The translations under genes and the position numbers were made by a program. DNA of 64,000 nucleotides from Vicugna vicugna. Its lineage: Eukaryota. The stretch is taken from NCBI GenBank assembly GCA_013265495.1, contig MU058384.1:495622-559621 (forward strand). The letters are read 5' to 3'. The notes below the pieces were generated by a model. That model was not told the origin of the DNA and ran no database searches. It saw nothing but the letters and a program-made list of their open reading frames with translations. Below are positions 27,135 to 40,655 of the stretch, in pieces; positions within the stretch are counted from its first letter, which is position 1, and every line of letters starts with the position of its first letter.

Positions 27135-28267
27135 AGATTTTTTAATTTCTACAAGAAACCAGTAAGTAGTCTGTTGTAACATAAAAAATCTGAATTCCAT
27201 ATTATAAAATTGATATATGGGTATCTTTGCAATAATAAAAACTAGTAAAAAATAAAAATTAAATATTTGAGTAAGATGTAATATAATTAACCATTGTTAG
27301 AATGGCAACTTTAAAATAAATACCAATACAGGTCTGTTTTTAATATTTCCATTTTTCCTAACAAACTCACTACAGAGTCTTAGAAATATTTGCATTATTT
27401 CCTTCCAATCTGTTTCATGATCATGAACAAAGAAGTACTTGATTCAAAAAATAAATAGTTGAATTCATTCCTTCGTCAGCCTTCTGCCCTTCCAAAATCA
27501 TAGTGCATTTGTCTTCAGTTGCTAAATTCTATCGCAGAAAAGAATGAGACATTTAATTCTTCGTTTACATTTTTATGTGATTGTGAAGATAAACATATTG
27601 CGTGAAGTAAGACTAGCTCAATTAAGAAAAATCTGACTATTCGTATATTTGTTAGTGTTTTGCTTTATGCACTTTTTCAAGAATATATAGACAATAAAAA
27701 CTTTAAAAGTATAAGAACGTTTATCTCAGTATTGATTCTCTAGTTTAAGGTTTGATTCAATTTCATAGAGAACCTATTTCCTAGCTGTTTTTTCAGCTTT
27801 ATTGATGTAAATTTGACAAAATTCTAAGATAATAAAGTGTACAATGTGATGATTTGATACACGTATACACATTGTGAAGGTATTCCTCTCAAGTTAATTA
27901 ACACAGCCATCATCTCATTTTTTTCTTGTGGTGGGTGGGAGAACATCTGTTCTACTGTCTCAGCAAACTTCAGTTATACAATACAGTTATCAACTAAAAT
28001 CACCATGTTATGCATTAGATTCTCAGTCTTTATTCCTCTTAAAACTGAAAGTTTGTACTGCTTTATCAACCTTTCCCCCACCACCTAGCTCCTGGCAACC
28101 ACTTTCCTACTGTTTCTATGAGTTTGAATTTTTTTTCAAGAGCGCATATAAGTGATACTATGTAGTAGTTGTATTTCTTTGGTTTATGTCACTTAGCAAA
28201 ATGCTCTCCACATTCATTTATACTGTCACAAATGACAAACTTTTTTCTTTTATAGGCGTGAATAATC

Positions 28268-28289
28268 GTGTGTGTGTGTGTGTGTGTGT
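28268..28289 (+). repeat. (GT)11 microsatellite
   Basis: Direct reading. Confidence 0.95.
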
Positions 28290-28947
28290 CACATTTTCTT
28301 GATTCATTCATCCATTGATACACTTACGTTACTTCCGTAAGTAGGCTATTGTGAATAACATGGCAATGAACATGGAAATACAGATAAAGGTTTTGTTTTT
28401 GGGTGGATATACAGAGATGTGGAATTGCTAGATCATATTTTAGCTCTATTTTTAAACTCTTGAAGAACCTAACCTCTATATCATTTTCCATAGTGACTGT
28501 ACCAGTTTATATTCCTCTCAGCACTATACAAGGGTTCCTTTTCCACATCCTCACCAGGATTTATCTCTTTTTTTTTTTTATAAAAGCCATTAACAGATGT
28601 GAAGTCATGTTGTAGTTTTGGTTTGTATTCCCCCAATAATTAGTGATGATGAACTTATTTAATGTAACTGTTTTGTTTTATTTTTTATTGAGTTGTATGA
28701 GTTCCTGGTATATTTTGGATATTACCTCTGATTGAATGTCATTTGCAAGTATCTTCTCCCATTCCATAGGTTGCTTTATCATTTGATAGCTTACTTCTTT
28801 TGCTGTGCAGAAGGTTTTTAGTTTGCTGTAGTCCCACTTACTTGTTTCTGCTTTCCTTGTCTTTACTTTGAGTGTCAAATCCAAAAATCATTGCTAAGAC
28901 TGATGTCAAGTAGTTGACTTCCTAGGAATTATAAGATTTCAGGTCTT

Positions 28948-29188
28948 GCAATTCTTGCTTTCTTGCCTCATGCAGATTCTGAGGTATTTCTGCTGCTGTG
29001 GAAGACGTAAGAAGCAGTGATACTCTGGCTCAGCTTCATCTTCCTTACAAATTCACACAAGGTCCAATGGTAGAAGCAAAATTACCACTGTTTCTTTTCT
29101 GATATATCTGAGGAAGAATGGTTGTGCCTCATCTACTGCTTCTAGTGAAATCTAGAGGGAGCCTCAGAGGAGTCAATATTTAGATCTT
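28948..29188. other. 241-bp non-L1 insertion flanked by a 26-bp direct duplication
   Basis: CTAGGAATT(A/G)TAAGATTTCAGGTCTT at 28922-28947 and 29189-29214; L1 colinearity resumes after the second copy. Confidence 0.85.
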
Positions 29189-30824
29189 CTAGGAATTGTA
29201 AGATTTCAGGTCTTAAATTTAAGTCTTTAATTCATTTTCAATTGATTTTTAAGTATGGTGTACGTTAGGGGTTCAATTTCATTCTGTAGCTTGTGGCTAT
29301 CCAATTTTCCTGGCACCGTTTATTGAAGAGACACTATCCTTTCCCACTTGTATGTTCTGGCTCTTGTGTCAAAAATTAATTGATCATATATGCATGGGTT
29401 TATTTCAGGGTTGTCTATTTTGTTCCATTGAACTATGTGTCTGTTTTCATGCCAGTAGTACACTGTTTTGATTTTCTATAGCTTTATAACATAGCTTGAA
29501 ATCAGGAAGTGTGATGCCTCCAGCTTTCTTTCCTTTCTAAGTTTTATTTTGACTATTCAGGGCCTTTTGTGGTCCCATAAATGTTTTAGGGTTGTTTTTC
29601 TATTCCTGTGAAAGAGGCCATTGAAATTTTGATAGCAATTGCACTGAATCTGCAGATTGCTTTGGGTTATATTGGGCAGTTTGACAATATTCTCCCAATC
29701 TTTGAGCATTTAATGAATACCTTTGCATTTATTTGTGTCTCTTCAGTATCTTTCATCAATATCTTATGTTTTACAGTGTATAGATTTTTTGCCTCCATGG
29801 TTAAATTTATTCCTAAGTATTTTATTCTTTCTGATGCTTTTGTAAATGGGATTATTAATTTCTCTGATAGTTTGTTCTTAGTGTATAGAAACCTAACTGA
29901 TTTCTGTATACACTATGTTGATTTTATACCCTGAAACTTTACTGATTTTTATTAGTTCTAACAGAAAGATGGTGGCATCTTTAGGGTTTTCTATACATAA
30001 TATCATCTGCAAATAGAGACAGTTGTACTACTTCCTTTCTGACTTGGATGCTTTTTCTTTTCCTCATGCACTTGCTCTAGCTAGGACATCCAGTACTATG
30101 TTGAAAAAAAAAAAGGGCAAGTGTGGATATTCTGGTCTTACTCTCAGAGGAAAAGCTTTTGGCTTTTCACTATTGAGTATGATGCTAACTGTGGGCTTAT
30201 CAAGGTAATGCTGGCCTTATATAAAATAAATTTGATAGTGTTCCCTCTGCTTTAATTTTTTGACAAGTTTGAGAAAGATTCATATTCATTCGTCTATAAA
30301 TGTTTGTTAGAATTCACCAGTGAAGCCATCTGGTACCAGACTTCTCTTTGTTGAGAGGTTTTTAAATTACTGATTCAGTCTCCTTATTAGAATTAGTCTG
30401 TTCAGATTTTCCATTTCTTCATGATCCAGTCTTGATAAGTTGTATGTTTCTAGGAATTTTATCCATTTCTTCTGGGTTTCTAATTTTTTGGCGTCTAATT
30501 TTTCATAGCCGTCTCTTATGATCCTTTGTATTACGGTGGTATCCATTGTAATGTCTCTTTCATTTCTGATTTTGTGTCTTCTGTTTTTCTCAGTAAATCT
30601 AGCTAAAAGTTTGTCTATTTTATTTATATTTTCAAAGAAGAAAACTGCTTTCAGTGTTCTGAGTATTCTGAGTTTATTATGGAAAGGCTGTGTTAGGTTT
30701 ATAAGGGTGAAAAACCTTATCTTAAGAGTTCCAAAACGTGTGACTGAATTTTATACAGATTAATAAAAGCACAGATGAGGCTTTTTATATAGATACTTTC
30801 CTAGCAAAATATTTGTATATATTT

Positions 30825-31412
30825 ATAAACTTTTTATTTTAGAATTTTAAAACAAATTAAATTATAGCAATAGTATAGGGGAATTGCAGTATACTTCCTA
30901 CACAGATTTACCTATTATAAAAATCTTCCATGAGTATGCTATATTTGTTAAAATTAATACAGTAATGTCAAAATATTACTAGCTAAAATCTATAACTAAA
31001 ATTTTCTTAGTTTTGCCAAAATGTTTTATCGTCTGAAATACTACAGTATATTTAGCCATCACATCTCCTTTTTCTCTTCCTGGCTATGACCTTCTCAGAC
31101 TTTCCTTTTTTGGATGACCTTGAGAATTTTGAGGTGTACTTTACGAGTGTTCTGTAGAATGTTTGTTAATTTGGATTTGTCTGCTCTTTTGCTGACGATT
31201 AGAGTGAGATTATGTTTTAGGAGGAAGACTACAGAGGTAAAGGGCCATTCTCAATACATCATACCATCAACATGATAATATATATTATCAACATACTTAG
31301 CACAGTAGATGTTAACTTTGGTCACTTGGCTGTGTTAGTGCCTGTGAATTTTTCCACTGTAAAATACCCTTTTCCTTCCCCTGTCTTCCTCACTGTACTC
31401 TTTAGAAGGATG
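30825..31412 (-). mobile_element. L1MC/L1MD-like 3' UTR fragment
   Basis: 'ctcagactttcc...gatgaccttgag...ctgtagaatg...ggaggaagactacagaggtaaag...tgttaactttggtcacttggctg...tccactgtaaa'. Confidence 0.75.
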
Positions 31413-31483
31413 CCAATTTTAACGGTATTTTTATATGAAAATATGTGTGGGTTTTTTTGTTTGTTTGTTTATTTTTTACCTAC

Positions 31484-31827
31484 TGTGTTTGTTTTCTAGG
31501 ACGTCTGTAACAAATTACTGCAAATTGCATGGCTTAACACAACAGAAATGTATTCTTTCACATTTCTGGTGGTAAGCAGTTGGAAATCAAGGTGTTGGCA
31601 GTGTTGGTTCCTTCTGAAGACTCTGAGAGAGAAACCATCCCATGCCTTTCTCCTAGCTTTTAGTAGTTACTGGCAATCCTTAGCATTCCTTGGCTTGTAG
31701 ACGTGTCACTCCAATCTGTTTCCATCTTCACATTGCCTTCTTATCTGTGTCTCCCTGGTTAAGAGAAGGCCTAAGTCCCAAGTAAGGTAGGCATAGATTT
31801 TGGGGTTACCTTACTAGACCCACTACA
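31484..31827 (-). mobile_element. MLT1C-like solo LTR (internally deleted)
   Basis: 'ctgtaacaaattac...ggcttaacacaacagaaatgtattc...gaaatcaaggtgttggcag...ggcaatccttagcattccttggcttgtag'; ends 'cccactaca'; flanks CCTAC/ACTAC. Confidence 0.85.
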
Positions 31828-34629
31828 ACTACCTAATCAAAACATCTTCTCTTCAGAAAAACACCTTTAGAGAAATTTAATGTTCTGACACAGTTTACCA
31901 TTTTTATCTAATCAATGGCTTGGCATAACCCCAAGAGAAATGGTTATGAATGCTTCAGTAGGATAAGCACAGCTATGGTTTATATGAAGGAGGATGAACC
32001 AGGATGGTTTATATGAACCAGATTTCAAAGCTGTAAGGGATAAGTATAACAAAGTGTTGAATTAGAGGAGAAGGTCCAGTGCTCTTGGTCCATGGCTTTG
32101 ACAGTGGAAGGATGGGAGTAGGATGAATAGATCAAGGGCTTTGTAAAGGTGAAATGAAGGGTGCTTTTTGGAGAATATTTTTAGGAAGACGAGATACTCA
32201 GTATAGAGAAGTGTTTTCAACCTAAGATGAGATTAATCATGTCTCAGAAAAAGACAGAAGGAGGGGGCGTATAGAGTCGCTGTGCGAGATAATAGGAAAA
32301 TGAGTGGAGATCCATTCAATACTATTTGTGGAAGTGTAAATGACAACTTTTTGAAAAATTATAAACAGTTTGACTTTTAACAAATAATTCCCTGAAATCA
32401 TTTATGACTGACTCCAGGACACCCTATTGAATGAAAAGTAAACAAAAACATGACATTTTGAATTAAGTAGGGGATTTTGTTGACTTGTTTGAAGAAAAGT
32501 AGTTTAAAAAAAAATCTGTATCAGGGAACATGTTTTCTTTAAGATTTTGAGACATTTACACATTTAAAGGAAAAAATAATTCCTGTGAATCTTTAAGGAA
32601 TGTAGTCATTATTGGCTCCAAGCTGCAAAGTTTCTCTTCGATTAACAGCAGACAGGGTTTCTTGTTTAGGGTCAGTAAAGCAGTTCTAATGATCTGAATA
32701 AGCCTGGAGGCCCTTCAGAGGCTTTATGAGGAAAATTAATTGAAGATTCACTGTCCTTGGAATTTACTGCTATTGGCACTTAATAGCTCAGACAAATTCT
32801 CTCTCATATGTTAATAAATTACTGGGGCATTTTAGTACTTTTCCTCATCTCTCCTCTTCTCCTCATTTATTGTTCTTATGTCATCACAGTGATAGCCACA
32901 CTTACATAATTCCACACACCACCCATGGCTACCTGCTTGCCATTTAAGCCATAGGAATTTTAAAGGATTATACATTTAACTTTAGCATTTGCTTTCTGAC
33001 ATGATATTCATCATTAATTGGCATTTGTTCTCTTCTGATTTAATTATATTGTTCCAAGTTAAGCTTCTCTTAAGGAGAATCAGGTTGGTCTTACAGACAG
33101 TGAATAATAATACATGAATGCATGAGAGAGACAGCATCATTCGGAGAGACCTAAAATAGGCTTTGTTCTCCTGGCAGTGTGTTTATGTTCCTTCTTGCTA
33201 CTGCCTTCTTGTTCCAGGTCATTGAAATTTAAAGACTAAAGACTAAAATAAGATAAGGAGCTGATGCTTCTCACAAATTAATTTGCTATGAACATTTTGT
33301 AGATCTGTTTCCATGAGCTCAAGCCCTTCCATACATTTTGCTTTTTATTGAGCATTCTAGAGCCATGAAAAGATCCACTTCATTCAAAACACATCTTTGC
33401 ATCAGAATTTAAGGCAGCTGTGGGAATCTAAAGACTACAAAATAGTCCTATATTAAAATAAACAGACACAATCAGTACTCTATTTATGCGTTAGTCTAGA
33501 TGTGTGCATTTTTCTATGCTTGTGAGGGGTATTGAGGGGACAAGGGAATTGAAATAATAACCGGGAAGGTCATAAGCTCAAAAAAACAAAAAACCTGTTA
33601 CTTATTACAATTGAGTTTCTTGCTGAAAGGGGACGCGTTGGTGTTAGCAAAGGACTGGCCAGCATAGTACAGCTAAAGACATCTTTAAGAAGGGTGCTGG
33701 GCTCAGATCCCCTTCAGTTAATTGGTTCAGTAGAAACAGAGGAACTTGAATAGCTGGTCTCCTGTTTGCTCAAATCAAAGGCTGAGAAGGATGTCTGCTG
33801 TAAGATATACTGTCAGCCTTGAGGTACCCGGGAGCCTTAGAACCGGGGCCATTCAAGAGGTGAACAGAATTTTTAAAAATACCATGAAGTAATTTGTCAG
33901 ATTTAGATTCAACACAATTTAAATCTACAGAGCTCTTTGGAAACCATTTTACACATTTCTGAGAGTGTGGCCGACTTTTCCAGTTTCCTTTTTTTTTTAC
34001 ATTTCCAGTTTCTGACTCAAGACTTTCAAGCAGAATGTGTTTTGCATGACCTTTCTCATTTTGGTAAGAACCATTTAAGAATCGGGCTGATTTCTGCCTA
34101 ATCAGCAGGGATGTTGAGAAATCACTCCTGCAGTTTCTGCTGACACTCATTTACAGGATTTGCTGATGGTAGATAAGGAGACATGAGGATGTGAAAACCC
34201 ACGGGTGGGAGTTAGAAGAGTGGATAACAAGGCAGATACACTATCTAGTTAATTTCAGTGAAAACCCAAACTTCAAAGTGAAATGAAACATTGAACTGAG
34301 GAATGTAGAAGATGGACTAGGTGAAGGCTTGTGCAGTTTCAAAACTGGTAAGTCTCTGGCTGGTGCACAGTAGAGGATCTTCCATTTAACCTTGTAGATT
34401 CTTGATTCTTTGCCTGTAGAAGACACACTGTAAGAAAATGCACATTTTTAAAGCTAATATATGTGTTTTCCTCCACTTACCTGAGTTTGATACTCATGTC
34501 GTTGATTCCTATTGTTAACAGATTTTCAATCTCCTATAAATGTTAGAGAAGACATGTCTATTACATATTTCAAAAATTGTATTTATAAACAAATCATCTT
34601 CTTTCCATGTTGGTGTTTCAAATCAACAA

Positions 34630-35660
34630 AGCCTTTTTTTCTTCATTTGAGAAATTGTTAAACATGTCCATGAGAAGGAGGAAAGTATACGGAAGATCCG
34701 TATGCTGTTCTCACAGCTACAACAATCCTTCACCTTCTAGAACTTGATCTGTCAGATACACCTGTTATGTTAAAGTGTGTCAGAACAAGTTAAAGCACAT
34801 CATTCATAATCCTTCATATATATTTCCTAATAACTATTTCTAAACAAACATGCCATTATCATACCAAAATAAATGGATAATAATTATCAAATACCTAGTC
34901 TATACTAAAAGTGTCCCAAAGGTGAATTTTTATGTGTTCAAATAGCACATATCATATACATTCCACTGCATTTGTTATTATCTCAAAGTCTGTCTCTTTT
35001 GTATTCTAGAGCAGCCTGTGTGTGTGTGTATGTATACTTGCATGTGCACATAATTTAATTGAGAAACCATGTCATTTCGACTTTAGAATATCCCACATAC
35101 TGGATATGGCTGGTTGCTTTGGCATGGTGTGTTAACTTATTCCTTCAACCCTATGTTTGCTGTAAACTAGATGCATGATTTGATTCAGGATCTTATTTAA
35201 CCTTGAGGAGCAAGAATGTTCCATAGGTGCTGCTATGTACTCTTTTTCAAATCCCTATCAAATCGTATGAATCATAAAATCTGTTTTCCTGCTTTTAATA
35301 AGTGTTGTTAACCAGATATCATCATAAATTTCTCCATCAACATTTCATGTAATGGTTTTAGCATTCATTGGTTGTTTGTGCCTATATCCTTTGCTTTTAT
35401 TATTTTATTACATATTACCAAATGGTATTTCTAGCTTGATTAAACCTTCTCCTCTAAGTAGCTAGAATTCTTCTGTTAAAATAAAACTACCTAATCTAGT
35501 TGGCTTTCTTACAATCAAATTCGATTAGAAAAGGCAAGATAAATACTTCCTCCCTATATTTTCAGAATAATGAGTCCACCACTAATAAATTCCATTAAAG
35601 TGATAATTTATTGTATCATAATGAACATGAACTTTCAGATATTTCATATATGTGCCAGCT
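34630..35660 (-). mobile_element. L1MC4/5-like 3' fragment
   Basis: Antisense old-L1 3' UTR motifs ('atgccattatcatacc', 'tagaatatcccacatactggatatggctggttgc', 'taatggttttagcattcattg'). Confidence 0.6.
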
Positions 35661-36404
35661 CTGTTTTTCAAAATTCTCCCCTGCAGATGTCAGAGTTTTG
35701 CTCAGAAATTAGAGGTCTGTCTTACTAGTATTCCATTGGGCCTTGCCAGGAACCCCACAAGGCTTGTTTTGTTCCCACATATACATCTAATAGTATTAGT
35801 CTTTCCAGTTCATATGGTCCAACTATCAGGGTTACTTAATAGCACAGCCTAAACTGTCTGCTGAGTCCATTTCTACCTATGTGCATAATCAATACTGACA
35901 ACCATTAATATCACCTAGTATATGGAATAGAGTAATATTCATATGAAATATCCTATCTGAAGAGTCCTATCAGATGTTGTGTTTTTCCTTCCTTATTAGA
36001 AGTGCAAGATTAAGTAATTTTTTCATTCCAATGGAGAGGATATTCCAGTCTGTCTTAGATGATTAGACAACTCAGTACTTACTGATGAAATAGGCTCTTA
36101 CGTGTTTGGGGGGTTTATTTCCCACCCTCCTGGGTACATGTGTATTACAAACACCTCCAGTGTATCCATTTATGGCTCAACTAGTCCTTTGCATATTTGC
36201 TGAATGTGTGCAGTAGAGTTATATTCTGCAGGATGTCCAACTGATTCAGCCCTCTAAGGACTGTATTATTACAGGGGGTGGGAAAGGTAACATATCCCTG
36301 GTGCAGGACTCCAATCTATACTCTTATCTTTTAAAGTGAAGGTCAGCTCATTTTGACCCCAGTTCATTTGGAAGATTAGTAACCACATATCATCTCCTTA
36401 ACAC

Positions 36405-36686
36405 ACTTCAGTCTGAGTGTTTGCATTCCCTTCGAATTCATATGTTGAAATCCTAACCCCAAATGTGATGGCATCAGGTGGAGCCTTTGGGAGGCCATGG
36501 ATGTGGAGCCTTCATGAATGGGATTAGTGCCCTTATAAAAGTGATACACAGAACTCCTCACATTCTCAGTGGCGTGGAATGCATATGAGACTACAACAGG
36601 AAGTCTGTAATTTGAAAGAGGGCCCTCACCTAGCCATACTTGGACTCTGATCTCAGACTTCCAACCTCCAAAACTGTAAGAAATGT
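36405..36686 (+). mobile_element. MLT1A-like LTR
   Basis: 'aattcatatgttgaaatcctaaccccaaatgtgatgg...ggagccttcatgaatgggattagtgcccttataaaag...gatctcagacttccaacctccaaaactgtaagaaat'. Confidence 0.85.
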
Positions 36687-37003
36687 AGTGATTTTGTGTA
36701 TGTTGATTCTAATGATAAAAGGCTTTCTTCCTACCTCATCCCAACTCTGTCTTACTTTAGGATCCTATTGTATTTGTTGGTTTCAGAGTCTAGTTCTGTA
36801 ATTGACTTGTATCAGTCCCTAGCATATAGAAGAGTAGCTTTGCTGAACTTTTCTCCATTATTCCGGTGCCCTTCTCATTGGTATATTTCTTATTACTTTA
36901 AAAAAGAGTATATCCCAAGGGCTACCTATGACACAATTTCATCTTTTGGGTTTTCTGCACTGCATCTATTATATTGTGACCATTTCCCTATGCCTTTTTT
37001 TGG

Positions 37004-37258
37004 ATTTTTTAAATTTTATTTTTTTATTGAAATATAGTTGATTTACAATGTTGTGTTACTTTCAGGTGTACAGCAAAGTGATTCAGTTTTTTATATATAT
37101 GTATATATGTGTATATGTGTGTGTGTGTGTGTGTATATATATATACACACACACACACAATGAGATATTGAATATAGTTTCCTGTGCTCTTGTTTATCTG
37201 TTTTATGTATAACAGTGTGTATATGCTAATCCCAAATTCCTAATTTATCCCTCCCCCA
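37004..37258 (-). mobile_element. Artiodactyl/camelid L1 3' end with internal microsatellite
   Basis: 'ttattgaaatatagttgatttacaatgttgtgttactttcaggtgtacagcaaagtgattcag...atcccaaattcctaatttatccctcccc'; flanked by C(T)6-7GG on both sides. Confidence 0.85.
37120..37159. repeat. (TG)7(TA)6(CA)7 palindromic microsatellite
   Basis: Direct reading; 40-bp perfect palindrome. Confidence 0.9.
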
Positions 37259-37965
37259 CTTTTTTGGCTCTCTCCTTTTATTCTCTGCCTAAGCAGTTCT
37301 GACATTTCTAAATTCACGTAGAATATACTCTAGGTTTCTTCATCTTGCCAGGTACTGTCCTAGAAAAAAGTTTGCTGTGTCTCCCAATTTCTTTGTTAGG
37401 ATGTTAAATGCTATATTCAGGGTGAGTGCTCCCATATCAATACATATTTCCTCCTCTAGCTTTATATTCAGTTTCCCTTGATTCAGCATTCCCAGAATCT
37501 AGTTCCATATTTAATTTCCCGTCTTCTGCCAGTCCCATGGTGGCTAGTTCCTATAATTTCTTCAATGAATAGTGCCTTTACTTCCTTAAAAAGCTCAGTA
37601 TTTCTCTGGCCAGGTTACCTTTTGATTTTGAGTTATTGGCCTCGTGACCATGGAGGAAGGTGGGAGTAGATCCTGGGATGGGGTCATGTGAGAAACAGTG
37701 GGCACTATTCTTCAACAGGGTGAAGTGAACACTTCTGTAGGCTCAGAATTCAAGAGATTTGAATTATTCAAGATTTTTGAGTGTATAAAGCCATTATATC
37801 TCAGTCTTCATTCCACATCTTAGGTTCCCATTCTTTTCCATTCTGGGTCCTTACTTGGCAGAACTGGTCTGTCTAACTTGATAATTTAACCTCTGGAGCA
37901 CATATACTTTTACAATTAAGTCTTGGCCTTTGTTTCCAGCTTTTGCTTTCTGTCTCTTTATATGG

Positions 37966-40564
37966 GGTGGTGGCTAAAAAGGCTGCAATAGTTGGATGTC
38001 TTTCCTACAAAGGTGGGGACTACACCTCTGTCCTTGATCCTGGGTGGACTTGTGATTACTTTATCCATGGAGTCAGCAGAAGTGATGCTCTGTGACTTCT
38101 GTGCACTGCATCATCATTTAGGAAGTCTGACTACCCTGAGTCCACCATGCCATCAGAAGGCCAGGCCACATGGAGTGGCTGCAATAAGAAAGCTGGTTGT
38201 CAGTCCCACCTGAGACAAATTTTTGAGTCATCCCAACACAGGTACTAGACATGGAGGTGAAGGTGCCTCCAAATGATTAAAGTATCCATCCCTTGAGTCA
38301 CTTTCAGCTGAGTCTTCAGACAACTGCAGCATCTACAAGATATCCCTTCTCTATCTGAGACAAATTCCTGGCCAACAGAATCTGTGTGAGCAAATATATT
38401 AAATTGTTGATTTCTACAATTAAGTATTGGTATAATTATTCAGGAATAGCTACTGAATAGAATTGGGTACCTAAAATGTACGGAATTAGCTTTGAAACTA
38501 AATAAGCAAGGGAGCTGGAAAGGTCAAGAGGTGATTGATAGTTAAAGCCTAGAAGAAAGTGTTAATGAGGGCTTAAAATGAAGAGAATGCTATCAAAAGC
38601 TGGAGGAAAAGAGGCTCTCATTAGATGTCATGCCATAAAGTTCAGCAGAACTTTTGCCTGCATTAATGTGGGAAACAGAAAATACAATTATAAACACATG
38701 AATTTGGTTCAGGGGATTTCCAAACAAAATGTTGACAGTGCCAACTGATTCCCTTAATTTCATATGATAAGATACAGAGAGAATAACATAAGCTAAAAAC
38801 AAAACCCCAAAATGAAAACAAACAAATAAAAAAACCTGTTCAATTTTTAAACAAAATTTAGAAGGAATTTAGGTTCCCAGCCCCTTCAGTCAGCAAAAGA
38901 ATATCAAATTAAAAAATGGATTGGAGTAAAATATAAAATGTAGCATGAAACTGTGACGTCCACGGAAATATCTAAGTACCTCAGACTTTTTGCCAGTTAG
39001 AAAAAAGGACTGCAAATCATATAATATAAATGACATGCCTATTTATCACCCTTTAAAAAAAAAAAAAGAGCTCCTAAGGATATTAAGAACATTGCCAATC
39101 AGTATCTTTAGTGAGTCCAAAACAGACAGGAGCTCCTCTTAAAGAAATTCATGTGACTTTTGTCTAATAGAATGGATTATAAATTATTAGAAACCCAGAG
39201 AGATTTTAAAGGAATTACACCTGTTTGGACTAGGAGAGTGTGCAAAATGAGTATAGCCCTTTAGATCTAAAATTCCACGGAATTTTGCTGCAACCATAGG
39301 CAACTATATAGAAATGGAAGGGTAACTAAAATGGGATAACCAAGAGCTGGAAGGGCCAAACAAAAAGCCCTGAAGAATCAGTCCTGGAGAACAGAAATGA
39401 TCCCTAACTAAGGAGCAAACCACCTGTGCCCTGCTCAGTTTCAGAATTGCTATGGAGTAGTGACAGCCACGTGCTTCCCTTCCTTACCCCATTTGGTTGG
39501 GTACCTCACTTGCAGTCTTCATTTTCCTGATCTGCCAGAGTATGTTGGGGCATATGGGGCAGATAACTTGTCTCTTCTGTGCACAGATTTTCAGATAGAG
39601 ATGATCTATACCATAAACAAGGTACTACAGGAGCCTTATCTGCGTATAGACTTGATGAATTGACAATATTCAGGGTCTTCAGCTTGACCCTGAAGCCTAA
39701 ATAAGATGAGAATTTGGGGGGATTTTAGAAGGACGTGAGTGTATTTTACATATGGAAGGAATCAAAAAACAGTTGACCCTTGAGCAACACAGGTTTTAGA
39801 ACTGCACAGGTCCACTTATATCTGGATATTTTTCAAAAGTAAAGACTACAGTACTACACAATCCACAATTGGTTGACTCTGCAAAGCTGCAACTGGATAT
39901 TGAGGACCCATGGATACAGAGGAAACACGTACAAATTATACGTGGAATTTTGACTGTGTGGAGGGTCAGCACCCCTACCCACCCGTTGTTCAAGAGTCAG
40001 TTGTAATTTGTTGCAAGAGAGTTGATTGTGGCAGTTTTTTTTAAATGACTACAAGTTCTTTAACACTCCTCCACTAAGAAGTGGGATCTACATCTCATTC
40101 CCTTGTGTCTGACTGGGCTTATGTCTGTTTCAGCAAATATAGTGCAACAGAAGTAGCTGTCCCAATGAATTGCAGCTACTGCCTCATACTGGTTTGCTAA
40201 CTTTTGGCACTCTAAGCCACAATTAAGTATGATTACCCTGAAGCCAACATACTGTGAGGAAACCTAGTCCCCAGGGATAGGCCATGTCCACGTGGATTGT
40301 CAGTTTCTGAGCAGAGCCAAATTTTTAATGTCAACCCAGCTTAGGTGCCAGACGTATAGTAAAGACACCTGCAGGTAATTCCAGAACTGTCATTGCATTG
40401 CTCCCAGCTGTTCCATCTTCCCAGCTATTGTGGAGGAGAAAAAAATTCATCCTTGATATGCCCTTTCTGAATTCCAGACAAGAGAATCTGTGAGTACAAT
40501 AAAATGGTTGATTTGGACCACTAAGGTTTTGGGAAGTCTGTTCTGTGCAACAGTAACTGGAACA
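37966..40564 (+). mobile_element. Complete MaLR provirus (MLT1G/H-like): LTR 37966-38459, internal 38460-40026, LTR 40027-40564
   Basis: Two alignable LTRs; internal region starts 'gaattgggtacctaaaatg'; flanks TATGG (37961-37965) and TATGT (40565-40569). Confidence 0.8.
39770..40003 (+). mobile_element. Tigger2-family MITE (MER8/Tigger2a-like)
   Basis: Terminal inverted repeats CAGTTGACCCTTGAGCAAC ... GTTGTTCAAGAGTCAGTTG followed by TA. Confidence 0.9.
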
Positions 40565-40655
40565 TATGTTGCCAAGGAGGCCCTCTGGCTTTCATACTTA
40601 GCATTTAATTGATGATTAATGGCCCCAAGGAGTTTTTCATTATCTTTCTCCAGTT

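Larger units (their letters stand above)
27785..30660 (-). mobile_element. L1 (L1MA9/10-like), 3' UTR plus decayed ORF2
   Basis: ORF 28678..28884(-) KAETSKWDYSKLKTFCTAKE...QPMEWEKILAN matches the L1 ORF2 C-terminal region; typical 3' end 'cagctttattgatgtaaatttgac...tacaatgtgatgatttgata'; interrupted at 28948-29188. Confidence 0.9.

Noticed and set aside
29608..29934. 108-aa hydrophobic ORF resembling a membrane protein
   Set aside because: Antisense L1 ORF2; T-rich composition produces the hydrophobicity.
34687..34703. 7-bp hairpin ATACGGA-aga-TCCGTAT
   Set aside because: Too short to exceed chance, and inside an old L1.
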